Shown one piece after another: positions 19,218 through 29,590 of a stretch of 64,000 nt of DNA (position 1 is the stretch's first letter; each line of letters starts with the position of its first letter). The DNA is from Terriglobia bacterium (lineage in GTDB: Bacteria > Acidobacteriota > Terriglobia > Terriglobales > Acidobacteriaceae): positions 24,450-88,449 of the forward strand of contig CAWFMU010000021.1 of the NCBI GenBank assembly GCA_963816865.1, read 5' to 3'. The translations under genes and the position numbers were made by a program. The notes beneath the pieces were generated by a model. It had not been told where the DNA came from. It saw only the letters and a list, made by a program, of their open reading frames with translations, and did no database searches.

Positions 19218-20483
19218 TCACGCGGAATGCTCGCGGAAGATCCGGACCAGTTGATCAGCGACAATCTTGTCTTCGCCCGGCTGCAGCATAAACGAGTTCA
19301 TGGACGAGGCCCGGCTTCTCTTCACCGGCCCCATCACAATCGCCGGCTTGGATTCTCTCAGAAGTTGAGAGACTTGCTTCGGAGTCAGAGAGATTTTCGC
19401 CGCGTCCCAGGTAATCTGCATATGAGGCACGTGATTCGCAATGTCGGGAACGAAAAATGCCGTGCTGACTCCCGGCACCCGCACGATCTGCCGGGAGATT
19501 AACTCCAGCCGTCCCTGCCACTCTGTCGCCAGCGCCTCATGATCTTCGTTGAGATAGAGCTCCAGCGCTTTCACCATCCCAATAATTTCTTCCTTGCCCA
19601 CTTTCGAACTGCGACCCAACGTGTCCTCGTGCGGGACTGTTGTTCAGCAGTGCGTAGGCCACCAGATCTTTGCGCCCGATCAGCAATCCGGCGCACTGCG
19701 GACCGCGCATGGCTTTGCCCCCGCTGAAGGTGACAAGGTCGTAGCCCATGTTGGTGTAATCCCAAAGATGCGAGACCGGCGGCGTGTCGGCCGCCGCATC
19801 GTTCATGCACGGAAGCTTGTATTCCTTCGCCAGCTTCACCCACTCATCCACTTTGATCTGTCCGGCGGCATTGGCAAAGTTGGTGAAGTGCATCATGGCG
19901 GTCCGCGGGCCGACCGCCTGGCGCAATTGGTCGCGCGTTTCAATCTCGATCAGCTTTACGCCGGTGGTGCGGAGTTGGTGGTCGAACGGGTTGCGATGGG
20001 ATTTCTGGATGATGACTTCCGACTTCAGTCCGGTGAGGTCCGGCAACTGCTTGATGAATGCTTCGTTGTCGCCGGTAAGGATTCCGGCCAGTCCTGACTG
20101 AATCGCAGCCGCCGCGCCAGAAGTCACCAGCGCGGTGTACCCATCCGGCAGCTTGAGCATTTCGGCGATTCGCTTGCCCGCCGCCACCTCCAGTTCAGGC
20201 ATGCTGACGAAGTGGCGTCCGGCCTGGGCCATCACGGCTTCCAGTTCCGGGCGCAGGATGGAGCCGCCCAGCATGGTCATCGTCCCTTCACAATTGATGA
20301 CGGTGGTCACTCCCAGCTCTTCGTAGGGATTGCCCGATTGGCCGAAGCCGCTGACTTTGGCGCTCGTCTTCGTGCCGCGAACAGCTTCTTCGACGCCATC
20401 ATCGAACCGGGAATCATCGAACCAGCAATCATTCCCAGTGTTCCAAGAAAGCTGCGGCGATTCCATCCCTTCGCTAGTCGCAT
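19218..20483 (-). CDS. Tat-exported SelA-like / DgaE-like PLP-dependent enzyme (frame-disrupted as sequenced)
   Basis: ATG 20483 after AAGGAGAG gives MRLAKGWNRRSFLGTLGMIAGS, a twin-arginine leader. The body is in ORF 19537-20466 with a PLP-lysine context (FSGGKAMRGPQCAGLL). The C-terminus is in ORF 19218-19619. Confidence 0.7.
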
Positions 20484-20527
20484 GATCTGCTCTCCTTTTA
20501 TGCCTGCGGCGAGTCTAGGTTCGAGCT

Positions 20528-21028
20528 TTATTTCCGCACGATGGCGGCAATGCAGTTGATCTCCAGCATCGAATTCCCCGGAAGCGCGGCCACAGCCACC
20601 GTGGTGCGCGCCGGACCGCCGTTGGGAAAATACGTCTTGAATATCTTGTTCATGGGCTCGTAGTAATCGATGCTCGCCAGGTAAACCGTGAGCTGCAGCA
20701 CGCTGTCCATGGTGCCGCCGCCGGTTTCGACCAGCTCTTTCACGTTCTCCATCACTTTCGTGGTGTGGCTGTCGATGTCATCTTTGCCCACAGGTCCGTT
20801 CGAGTTGGCGCCCTGCCCGGCGATGTAGAGCAGGCCGTTGTGCGTGATCAGTGCAGTGATCATCTGCTTTCCGTCCGCTGGCTTGCCATCCCGGCCCAGC
20901 TTGCGCACGCCGGCATCCCGGGTCTTGGCCTGGCCGCTCGTGGCCATCAATGTTCCTGCGCCAACGGCAGACATTACAGCGGCGAACGAGGTCATCAGCT
21001 TTCTACGATTGAAGAATGTCGAGGTCAT
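20528..21028 (-). CDS. exported RidA (YjgF/L-PSP) family protein
   Basis: ATG 21028 after AAGGAGA. The leader is MTSTFFNRRKLMTSFAAVMSAVGAGTLMATSGQA (Tat-like RR). The RidA core reads LLYIAGQGA...MDSVLQLTVYLASIDYYEPMNKIF...PARTTVAVAALP. Confidence 0.8.
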   Translation of the reverse strand: MTSTFFNRRKLMTSFAAVMSAVGAGTLMATSGQAKTRDAGVRKLGRDGKPADGKQMITALITHNGLLYIAGQGANSNGPVGKDDIDSHTTKVMENVKELVETGGGTMDSVLQLTVYLASIDYYEPMNKIFKTYFPNGGPARTTVAVAALPGNSMLEINCIAAIVRK

Positions 21029-21086
21029 GATGAAATCTCCTTGGATTTTGTGGCTTCGGTGATTATTCGTTTTGACTGACAGCGTT

Positions 21087-22745
21087 TTACGGCAATGCAA
21101 AACTGAAAATATCGCTTCCGGCGGCAACCGCCACGTACTGCTTGTCTAGAACGGCATAGCTCATGGGTGAAGCGCCGAAGTCCTGTCCTGTATTGAAGTG
21201 CCATAGCGGCTTTCCGGTACGGGCGTCTACTGCCTCGAATGATTGCGCGTCATCGCCAAAAAAGACCAGGCCCGTGGCCGTGGTCATGGTTCCTCCTGAC
21301 GAGCGCGCACGCCCTATTTGCGGATAGCTCCATGCGAAAGACTGCTTGTCCAGATCGTAGGCAAGAAGTATTTTCTGTGATGCTTCCCCTGGAATTCGCT
21401 TTACTCCGGTCGAGTAAAAAGTTTTCCCTTCCGCGAAATCCTGCGGCTTGTAGAAAAACATCTCGCACTCCTCAAGGGCGAGGAAATATACCAGATGGGT
21501 AGACTCGTTGTAAGACGGCGCAAACCAGTTGGTGGCGCCGCCGTAGCCGGGACATATTCGGGTACCTTCGGGCGTCGGCTTAAGACCGGAAACATTGGGC
21601 CGACCGTGCGCATCAACCCCCTTCGCCCACGTCAGCTTTTTCACGAATGGTACAGCTGACAGAAATTTCCCATTCGCGCGATCCAGCACATAGATGAAAC
21701 CATTCCGATTGGCCTGCACCAGGAGCTTGCGCTGCTCGCCCCGATAAACGGCATCAATCAGGATCGGGGTTTCAGTCGCATCGTAGTCGAAGAGATCGTG
21801 AGGGGTGAATTGAAAGTGCCACTTCAATTTTCCCGTGTCCACATTGAGCGCCAGCACGCAATCGGTGTACAGGTCGTCGCCTGGCCGCACCGCGCCATCG
21901 AAATCCGGACTCGGGTTGCTGGTCGTCCAGTACAGCGTGCCGGTTTCAGCGTCATACGTGCCCGGCATCCAGGTGGTTCCGCCGCCGTGCAGATAACTGT
22001 TTCCGGGCCAACTCTCGGAACCGAATTCTCCGGGAGCGGGAATGGTCCAGAAACGCCAAACCAGCTTACCGGTGTTCGCATCATAGGCGGCCACAAAGCC
22101 TCGCACGCCATCGTCTCCGCCTGAGGTGCCCACGATCACCTTGTCGTTCACTACCAGGGGCGCCGCGGTCGCGCCGTAATTCTTGTTCCAGTCCGCGTAG
22201 GCGACGTCCCACAGCAAGTGCCCCGAACGGGCGTCCAGACAGAGCAAATGGGCGTTGTCGGTCTGCCGGTATACACGCGTGTGCCACACTGCCACGCCGC
22301 GACTGAGATGACCCGACGCATCATCAACCAGTCCCTGGGAGATCGGCCTCACGTGATGCCAGATCACGAGTCCCGTGCGCGCATCAAGGGCGTAGGTATC
22401 ATTTGCCGAAGTCACGAACATGACGCCGTTCACCACTACCGGCGTCCCTTCCATCCGGTTGGAATTGCTGGAGTGGAATACCCACTGCGCTCGCAGCTGC
22501 GCGACATTGGTGAGATTAATCTGGGACAGGCTGCTGAACCGGCGCCCGGTCAAATCTCCGTTATAGGAAAGCCAGTTGTCTCCTGAGGGCGAGGTCAGTA
22601 GGTCGGCGGGGCGCACATCGACAACCACTGCTCTCGACACTGGCAAATCGCCAGACGCCGCCACCATCAGGCAACCCAGAAAAACAGCGATCGCCAACGC
22701 CATCCTAGGGGTCGTTCTTCCGGTGAAGTGCCTTCTCGCTGCCAT
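21087..22745 (-). CDS. secreted PQQ-dependent dehydrogenase (methanol/ethanol-family beta-propeller)
   Basis: Signal peptide (MALAIAVFLGCLMVAASG). Repeated A-x-D-x-x-T-G-x-x-x-W propeller motifs (ALDARTGLVIWH, CLDARSGHLLWD, AYDANTGKLVWR, ALNVDTGKLKWH, AVDARTGKPLWH). The catalytic region is HDLFDYD. Start is 22745 or 22751. Confidence 0.85.
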   Translation of the reverse strand: MAARRHFTGRTTPRMALAIAVFLGCLMVAASGDLPVSRAVVVDVRPADLLTSPSGDNWLSYNGDLTGRRFSSLSQINLTNVAQLRAQWVFHSSNSNRMEGTPVVVNGVMFVTSANDTYALDARTGLVIWHHVRPISQGLVDDASGHLSRGVAVWHTRVYRQTDNAHLLCLDARSGHLLWDVAYADWNKNYGATAAPLVVNDKVIVGTSGGDDGVRGFVAAYDANTGKLVWRFWTIPAPGEFGSESWPGNSYLHGGGTTWMPGTYDAETGTLYWTTSNPSPDFDGAVRPGDDLYTDCVLALNVDTGKLKWHFQFTPHDLFDYDATETPILIDAVYRGEQRKLLVQANRNGFIYVLDRANGKFLSAVPFVKKLTWAKGVDAHGRPNVSGLKPTPEGTRICPGYGGATNWFAPSYNESTHLVYFLALEECEMFFYKPQDFAEGKTFYSTGVKRIPGEASQKILLAYDLDKQSFAWSYPQIGRARSSGGTMTTATGLVFFGDDAQSFEAVDARTGKPLWHFNTGQDFGASPMSYAVLDKQYVAVAAGSDIFSFALP

Positions 22746-22825
22746 CCCCATGCTCAATTGAATCGATTTAATTGAACCGCGCATTATCCAACGAAAATTG
22801 CGTGAACGCAATCACGAACCACGCA

Positions 22826-23608
22826 TCACAATCGGCCAAACCGTTTGACTGCTTCCTGGATGGATTTGTACTTCTCGATGATCGAATACATGGAGTGTTC
22901 CTTGAAATCCATTTCCTGGGCAAGCGCGAGCACCTCTGCTGCTTTCGCGCGCGGCACGATCACAACACCATCGCCGTCGGCGGCGACTACGTCCCCCGGT
23001 CGTACTTCTACGCCATCACACGAGACGGGAATATTCGACCCGGCAAAGCGGTAGTGACCGACCGAGGTTGATGGCACAATTCCGGTGGCATAAACCGGAA
23101 AACCTATCTTGCGCAATTGCCCGACGTCGCGCACTCCGCCATCGATGACCGCGCCGGCATATCCGCGCGCCGACATGGTCGTGCCCATCAGGCCGCCCAT
23201 TCCGGCGATATCGGCTCCGTCTTCGACCACCATCACCCACACGGAACTCGGCGATCCCTGGTCGATGGCCGCCAGCATGCCGCTCAGGGCGCCGGGATCT
23301 TTGTTGCCTTCGTCCTTACTCAACTTAACGGTGAGCGCGAAACCGGCGAATTTGGCCGGGAAAATCGGCTGCATCTTGTGCGACAGGTACATCTTCCGGC
23401 CGGTGAGTTGCTCCAATGCATCGGATACCGATGCCACCTCAACGTGACGATAGCTTTCGAGCAGCGCCTCGTTTTCGTTTGCCTGGGAACCGCCGGAGGA
23501 CTGAGCCAAAAGGTTCGAGCTCAGCTGCCAGAACGCACAGGTGAACAAAATTCCGGCAATCACAAGTGAACTCTTCCGCGAAGACCTCAAATATTGCAAT
23601 TTGTTCAT
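22826..23608 (-). CDS. exported RraA-family protein (class II aldolase / oxaloacetate decarboxylase-like)
   Basis: ATG 23608 with the leader MNKLQYLRSSRKSSLVIAGILFTCAFWQLSSNLLAQS. The RraA core reads VASVSDALEQL...GAVIDGGVRDVGQLRKIGFPVYATG. Confidence 0.75.
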   Translation of the reverse strand: MNKLQYLRSSRKSSLVIAGILFTCAFWQLSSNLLAQSSGGSQANENEALLESYRHVEVASVSDALEQLTGRKMYLSHKMQPIFPAKFAGFALTVKLSKDEGNKDPGALSGMLAAIDQGSPSSVWVMVVEDGADIAGMGGLMGTTMSARGYAGAVIDGGVRDVGQLRKIGFPVYATGIVPSTSVGHYRFAGSNIPVSCDGVEVRPGDVVAADGDGVVIVPRAKAAEVLALAQEMDFKEHSMYSIIEKYKSIQEAVKRFGRL

Positions 23609-23707
23609 CTCGTCCTCCAGGTTGTATATATGAACGCGGACTCTAGCACTCCTGTCGAGGGAATGTGAAGAGAGAATTCTTGCAACGGAAAAAGGAGCCG
23701 ACACGAA

Positions 23708-24184
23708 ATGAATAGAAGAGAGTTCAGAGGCTGGCTGTCCAAGACCGTTCTTACGCTTGCCGTGCTTGCACTGTTTTTCCAGGCGTCAACGCTGACGGGT
23801 TTCGCCGAAGAGCGAAAAGTGGTGAAGCTCCCGGGAACCGCCAATCTTCCATTCAGTGATGGGGTGATCGCCGGCGACACGCTCTACGTCGCCGGGCAGG
23901 AAGGCATTGATGCCAACGGCAAACTTGTGCCCGGTGGAACCGGCGCGGAAAGCAAGGCGGCGCTCGCCCGCATCGAAGATATCGTCCACGCCGCCGGTTT
24001 CGATTTGAAAGATATTGTTTCCGTCACGGTGTACCTGGCTGACATTCATGATTTCCCTGAAATGAACGTGGCCTACAAGGCCGTCATGCCCGATCCCAAG
24101 CCAGCTCGCGCGACGGTGCAGGTCGCGGGACTGGTGAACAACGCGCGCGTTGAGATTTCCGCGATCGCGGTAAAGAGAAAATAG
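23708..24184 (+). CDS. exported RidA (YjgF/L-PSP) family protein
   Basis: Leader MNRREFRGWLSKTVLTLAVLALFFQASTLTGFA. RidA core: LYVAGQEG...IVSVTVYLADIHDFPEMNVAY...PARATVQVAGL. Confidence 0.8.
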   Translation: MNRREFRGWLSKTVLTLAVLALFFQASTLTGFAEERKVVKLPGTANLPFSDGVIAGDTLYVAGQEGIDANGKLVPGGTGAESKAALARIEDIVHAAGFDLKDIVSVTVYLADIHDFPEMNVAYKAVMPDPKPARATVQVAGLVNNARVEISAIAVKRK

Positions 24185-24188
24185 CCAG

Positions 24189-25007
24189 ATGGCCAGTTGG
24201 TTGCGATGCTCGCTGTTGCTGCTGGCAGTGGCAGGTCATCTGTGCGTGCCCGGTCGATTCCAGGCCCAGCAAGTAGACAAGGTTTCTGAGAGCAGGAGTG
24301 AAGGCGCGGGCAAGCAGATCTTCGCGACCACTTGCGCTGCTTGCCACGGGCTCGACGGCGGAGGTGGAGAGCGCGGTCCGGACATTTCCCGGCGGCGGGA
24401 AGTTCGACGCTTGCCGGACAAAGCTCTGCTGCAGATTGTCCGGGAAGGAGTTCCAGCAACCGGCATGCCCGCCTTCGGTTCTCTTGGTCCGGTCCGAATT
24501 CAGGCTGTGGTTCGCTACCTGCGAAGCCTGCAGGGTCAAGCCGGAGCGGCTGATCTTTCCGGCGATCCAAAACAAGGAAAATCTCTCTTCTTTGGGCAGT
24601 CAGGGTGCTCGCAGTGTCACACGATAAAAGGCGAGGGCGGCTTCATCGGCTCGGATCTTTCCCGCTACGCCGAAGGTCAGTCGGCAGCCGACATTCGAAC
24701 CGCCATCACCGACCCCAACCGAAATCTCGATCCTCGAAAACGAACCGTAGTCGTTACTACGGGGGACGGGCAAACCCTGACCGGCATTGCACGTAATGAA
24801 GACAACTTCTCTTTGCAGCTTCAGACCATTGACGGCACACTGCATCTGCTCAACAGAGTGGAGTTGCGGAGCATCGACTATCAACCCCGTTCACTGATGC
24901 CCGGCGACTATGGATCGAGGCTCAGCCGTCAGGATCTCGACGATCTCGTCACCTATTTGCTCAGCGTTGCGCGCAACACAAATAAACCTCAACTGGAGCA
25001 GGAATGA
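24189..25007 (+). CDS. secreted di-haem c-type cytochrome
   Basis: Signal peptide plus two CxxCH motifs (CAACH, CSQCH). Its stop overlaps the next start (ATGA at 25004-25007). Confidence 0.8.
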   Translation: MASWLRCSLLLLAVAGHLCVPGRFQAQQVDKVSESRSEGAGKQIFATTCAACHGLDGGGGERGPDISRRREVRRLPDKALLQIVREGVPATGMPAFGSLGPVRIQAVVRYLRSLQGQAGAADLSGDPKQGKSLFFGQSGCSQCHTIKGEGGFIGSDLSRYAEGQSAADIRTAITDPNRNLDPRKRTVVVTTGDGQTLTGIARNEDNFSLQLQTIDGTLHLLNRVELRSIDYQPRSLMPGDYGSRLSRQDLDDLVTYLLSVARNTNKPQLEQE

Positions 25008-26029
25008 GAACCTTGTCAGGAATGAATGCGTTCCTCGGCCAACTGATAGTCGACCTCCGGCCGACAATCGTGGCTCGCGCCGGCATCGTTGCGTTGTTCA
25101 TCGGTTCACTCTTTGCCGCGGCCTCATCTGACGCCCCAGCCCGGACATTTAAGCTCACGGCTGAGTCTCCGGCATTCTGGAAGCTGCTCGACCACAAAGC
25201 GAAGCTCACTCGAGTAGCCGGCGGCTTCGGCTTCACGGAGGGACCGGTGTGGGATGAGTCCGGCTTCCTCTATGTCAGCGACGAGGAGCAGAACAAGATC
25301 TATCGCGTCTCGCTCGATGGCAACAAACAGGAAGTAATCTCCCTCGGCGATCCGGATGGCAACACCTACGACCGGCAACTCCGCCTGATTGATTGCGCCA
25401 GCGTTCTGCGCGCCATCATCGTCGTGACGCCGGAGGGAAAGTACTCCGTCCTCGCCGATCGTTATGAGGGGAAGAAACTCAATAGCCCTAACGACGTTGT
25501 GATCGGCCCCGACGGAGCAATCTACTTTACCGACCCTACGCTCGATCTGGTCAAGGGTGAGCAACAGGAAATTCCGTTCCAGGGCGTATATCGCCTGGAC
25601 GACAAAGGCGGCGTCCGCCTTTTGACCAAAGACCTGACTCAACCCAATGGGCTTGCCTTTTCGCCCGACGGAAAACACTTTTACGTGGATGACAGTGAGC
25701 AGAGAAACATTCGCGTGTACGACGTCGCACCCGACGGATCGTTGAGCAGCGGCCGAATCTTCGGCGAGGAACCGGGCGAACCGAACGACGGCGTGCCCGA
25801 CGGAATAAAAGTTGACCGCGGTGGCAACCTGTTTGTGACCGGTCCAAAAGGTATCTGGGTCTGGGACGCGCAAGGTCACCATCTGGGTACGATCGAGATG
25901 CCGGAGCAACCTGCCAATCTCACCTGGGGAGACCGTGATCACCAGACGCTCTACATCACGGCGACGACCTCGGTATATCGCCTGCGTACCAGCACCCGGG
26001 GGTTCGTGCCTTATCGCACGCATCGCTGA
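25004..26029 (+). CDS. SMP-30/gluconolactonase/LRE-family protein (lactonase-like beta-propeller)
   Basis: Hydrophobic leader followed by typical motifs: GFTEGPVWD, NSPNDVVIGPDGAIYFTDP, PNGLAFSPDGKHFYV, PDGIKVDRGGNLFVTG. Intact. Confidence 0.8.
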   Translation: MRTLSGMNAFLGQLIVDLRPTIVARAGIVALFIGSLFAAASSDAPARTFKLTAESPAFWKLLDHKAKLTRVAGGFGFTEGPVWDESGFLYVSDEEQNKIYRVSLDGNKQEVISLGDPDGNTYDRQLRLIDCASVLRAIIVVTPEGKYSVLADRYEGKKLNSPNDVVIGPDGAIYFTDPTLDLVKGEQQEIPFQGVYRLDDKGGVRLLTKDLTQPNGLAFSPDGKHFYVDDSEQRNIRVYDVAPDGSLSSGRIFGEEPGEPNDGVPDGIKVDRGGNLFVTGPKGIWVWDAQGHHLGTIEMPEQPANLTWGDRDHQTLYITATTSVYRLRTSTRGFVPYRTHR

Positions 26030-26036
26030 ATGTCGA

Positions 26037-27650
26037 ATGTCATTCCTCGGTCAATGTCTCGTGCTGGGCTGCGCCATCTCGCTGTCGGCGTGGACTTGGC
26101 TGCCGGCTTCCGCCCAGGCGGCGTCTCGCGGCCCGGGTACTCAAGCAACTGCGCACGCGGAGCGAGGAATCGATTTTGCTCGCGCCGGACAACTGGACAA
26201 GGCAGAAGCAGAACTGCGTCAGGCAGCCGAGTTGGCCCCGTCCGATGCGGAGGTGCTTGGCTGCTCTGGGAACGATTCTGGCTCAGCAGCACAAGCTTGA
26301 TGAGTCCACTGAACTGTTAAAACGGGCATTGCGAATAAACCCATCCAACCTGACCGTCCGCCGTTACCTTGCGGCAAATCTGTGGCAGCTTCACCGCTAT
26401 CCTGAAGCGAAAGAAAACCTGCAAATCATTCTGAAGCGGAAGCCGGACGACAAAGCAGCGCAACTGTTGCTCGGCATGGTGTCGGAAAACATGGGCGACT
26501 ATGCGACCGCCGCTCGAATGCTGGCTGCAGTGCCTGATGAAGTCAGCGAGCAACCGGAGTCTATCGCCGCGTTGGCCCGCTCCTACTATCATCTGCACCA
26601 AACAGAAAAAGCGCGCGAGACGCTAGAGCAATTGACAGCTCACCCGGCGGGACCGCAGGCGGCGTTCCTCGGCGCCCAGATCGCCGACGAGATGCAGGAC
26701 TATTCGACTGCCGAAAAGCTGCTTGCATCCGTTCCGGCCGCACTTCTCGACCAGCCCGGCATCCAGTACACGATGGCACTGGTCGAATATCATGCTGGGC
26801 ACTTTGACAGATGCCAGGACATTCTCGAAACCCTGATTGCTTCCGGAAACAAGAACTGCCCCAATCCTCAATTTGCTGGGGTGGTGCCATCAGAAGCAGG
26901 GGCAGCCACAAGAGGCGGTGCAAGCGCTCGAAGAGTCCAGTCATTCTGGCTCCGGCTGACGAGGCTAACTATCTCGACCTGACCAAGATTCTCCTGGCCC
27001 AACACGCGCTGCCATCCGCCTTGCGTGCCGCGAAGCGAACGGTAGATAGTTTTCCGAACTCCGCTGCTGCTTTCGAATTGCAAGGGCTGGTTGAGGTGAG
27101 GATGGGACAGTTCACCGATGCGGTTCGCTCCTATACTCATGCCGTGGAGCTTGATCGCTCCCGTCCCGGACCGATTCTTGGACTCGCCCAGGCACAATCT
27201 GCCGCCGGAATGAGCAAAGACGCTGCCGCCAACTTTGAAACGGGAATTAGGAGATTTCCGCGCGACGCGCGTTTCAAGGCGCAGTATGCCAGCGTACTGC
27301 TAAAGCAATCCGAGACCGGCGACGACGTCGCATCGGAAGCGAAAGCCGAGCAACTGCTGCGGTCCGCTCTGGCGCTTGATCCATCGCTTTCGGATGCGCA
27401 TTACCAATTGGGCAATCTCGCGTTGAACAAAGGCCGTGTGGCAGAGGCTCAACAACACCTGGAGCAAGCGGTGAAACTCGACGGCCAAAACGCGGCGGCA
27501 CATTTTGCGCTGTCTCGCGTCTACCGGCGTCTCGGCCGTCGGCCGGAGGCCGCGCACGAAATGGAGCTGTACGAAAGCCTCAAGCAAGAACCGGGAAATG
27601 ACACCTCGACGCCAGCACCTGCGGTACCACCCGAGCAACCTCATCCGTGA
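26037..27650 (+). CDS. secreted multi-TPR protein (frame-disrupted as sequenced)
   Basis: Signal peptide MSFLGQCLVLGCAISLSAWTWLPASAQA. TPR helices continue through ORFs 25935-26300, 26176-26982, an unlisted frame (APILNLLGWCHQKQGQPQEAVQALEES) and 26811-27650. That makes three successive +1 shifts. Confidence 0.75.
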
Positions 27651-29429
27651 GCACTAAACTTCCAGTTCGTCTCGGCACTGTTCTCTTTGCCTCCATTCTC
27701 GCGTGGTGTCCAACTCCATTGACTGGACAGGCCCCTGTCCGCGAGACTCCGATCTTCACCGACGTCACCCGCGAAGCCGGCATCACCTGGCGTCAATTCA
27801 GCGGAGAATCGCCTGACCGTTTTCTCATCGAGACCATGGGTGGGGGCGTCGCCTTTCTCGATTTCGATGGCGACGGGTGGCAAGACATTTTTTTTGTAAA
27901 CGGAGGCGAAACTCCGCACGGCAAGAGCCCGAACCCGGTGCGCAACGCGCTCTACCGCAATCTTGGAAATGGAAAGTTCGAGGATGTAACCGCGAAGGCC
28001 GGGCTGGATCGTCTCCCGTTCTACGGAATGGGCGTTGCCGTCGGCGACTACGACAACGACGGCCATCCTGACCTGTTCATCAGCGGATTCCCTTCCAGCG
28101 CCTTGTTTCACAACAACGGCAACGGCACGTTTACCGAGGTCACAGACAAGGCTGGAGTCAAGAATCCCGGCAAGGTGGGCGGCCAGCGCGGCCTGGTTCG
28201 ACTATGACCGCGATGGCTATCTCGATCTGGTAGTCACCAACTACGTGCGCTTTTCATTTGATGATCCCAAGAAATGTGAAGTGAACGGCATCCGCAGCTA
28301 TTGCGAGCAGCTGGCATATCAGGGCATGCCTCTCACTCTGTACCACAACAACGGCGATGGAACTTTTACCGACGTCAGCGCGCCATCCGGTTTCGACAAA
28401 CTGGTGGGCAGAGCTCTGGGTGTTGTTGCCATCGACTTGAATGACGACGGCTGGACCGATCTGTTCATCGCGCGCGACGCTTCGCCCAATCTGCTGCTCA
28501 TCAACCAACACAACGGCACTTTTGCAGATATCGCCGTCGATGCCGAGGTCGCCTACAATCAGGACGGGCTTGCCAAGGCGGGTATGGGCGTCGATGCCGG
28601 CGACGCCAACGGCGACGGCGTGCCCGACCTCGCCGTGACCAACTTCAACGATCAATACCATTCCCTTCTGATCGGACCCAGGAACGGGTCCCAGACGGAT
28701 CCTTACCAGGATCGAACCGTCGCCTCCCATATGGCGGCGTTGAGCAAGTCATACGTCGGGTGGGGCGTCAAGTTTCTCGACTTCGACAACGACGGCAATC
28801 TCGATCTGATGTTCGCCAACGGACACATCAACTCCGTGATCGAAACCACGCGCACCGATGTGAAGTACAAGGAACCTCCGCTCTTGCTGCGCAATCTCTC
28901 GCAGGGAATTTTCCAGAACATGCGAGATCAGCGCCGGGCCGGCATTCAGTTCCGCCTACAGGGCCCGTGGACTGGCTACGGGTGACTTCGACAATGACGG
29001 CGGTCTCGATGTTGTCTTCACCTGCCTCAATGACGCCCCGGTGCTGCTGCGGAACAACGTCGGGCAGCACAATCGATGGATCGGCTTCGAACTCCAGGGA
29101 ACGGTCAGCAACCGTGACGCGATCGGAGCAAAGATCACGGTCGTGTTCGCCGACCGAAAGCTGGTGCGGTGGATTACGGGAGGCTCGAGCTATCTGTCAG
29201 CGCATGATAAGCGCGTGATCGTGGGACTTGGGAGTGGACCGCGGTACATCGGAGCCCGAGGTTGAGATCCGCTGGCCCAACGGAACGGTGCAGCGAATAT
29301 CCAAAGCTGAAGCCGAATCAATATCACAAGATTGTCGAACCCGCCGCCGATAAAGCCACAGGCCCGCAATTCGAAGCAAATGCGCACACGGCCGACACCA
29401 ATCTCAATGAAATCTGTAGCGCGCCATGA
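27647..29429 (+). CDS. CRTAC1-family protein (FG-GAP/VCBS repeats + ASPIC/UnbV C-domain; frame-disrupted as sequenced)
   Basis: GTG 27647 overlaps the upstream stop. FG-GAP motifs recur (FLDFDGDGWQDIF, VGDYDNDGHPDLF, WFDYDRDGYLDLV, AIDLNDDGWTDLF, FLDFDNDGNLDLM, TGDFDNDGGLDVV). The UnbV-like part reads NRDAIGAKITV...GGSSYLSAHDKRV...VEIRWPNGTVQ. There are about 4 net +1 shifts and the 3' end is uncertain (29350-29429). Confidence 0.75.
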
Positions 29430-29590
29430 ACCCCACGAATCATTCGAATCGGAACATTTGTCTTGACAGACACCGCGGAACTGGGCAATAAATCGTTTCA
29501 ATAGTCTTTCAGGGGGCGTGTTTCCATTTGCCAGGAAGTCCCATGAGCCACTGCCCGCCTGAACCGTTCTCTTGAAAACGCGGAGGAGCC

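Noticed and set aside
28760-29218. 152-aa ORF inside the CRTAC1-like gene
   Set aside because: It is an out-of-frame reading. The FG-GAP/UnbV motifs continue in the neighbouring frames (28035-28985, then 29041-29265), so this ORF is not part of the protein.
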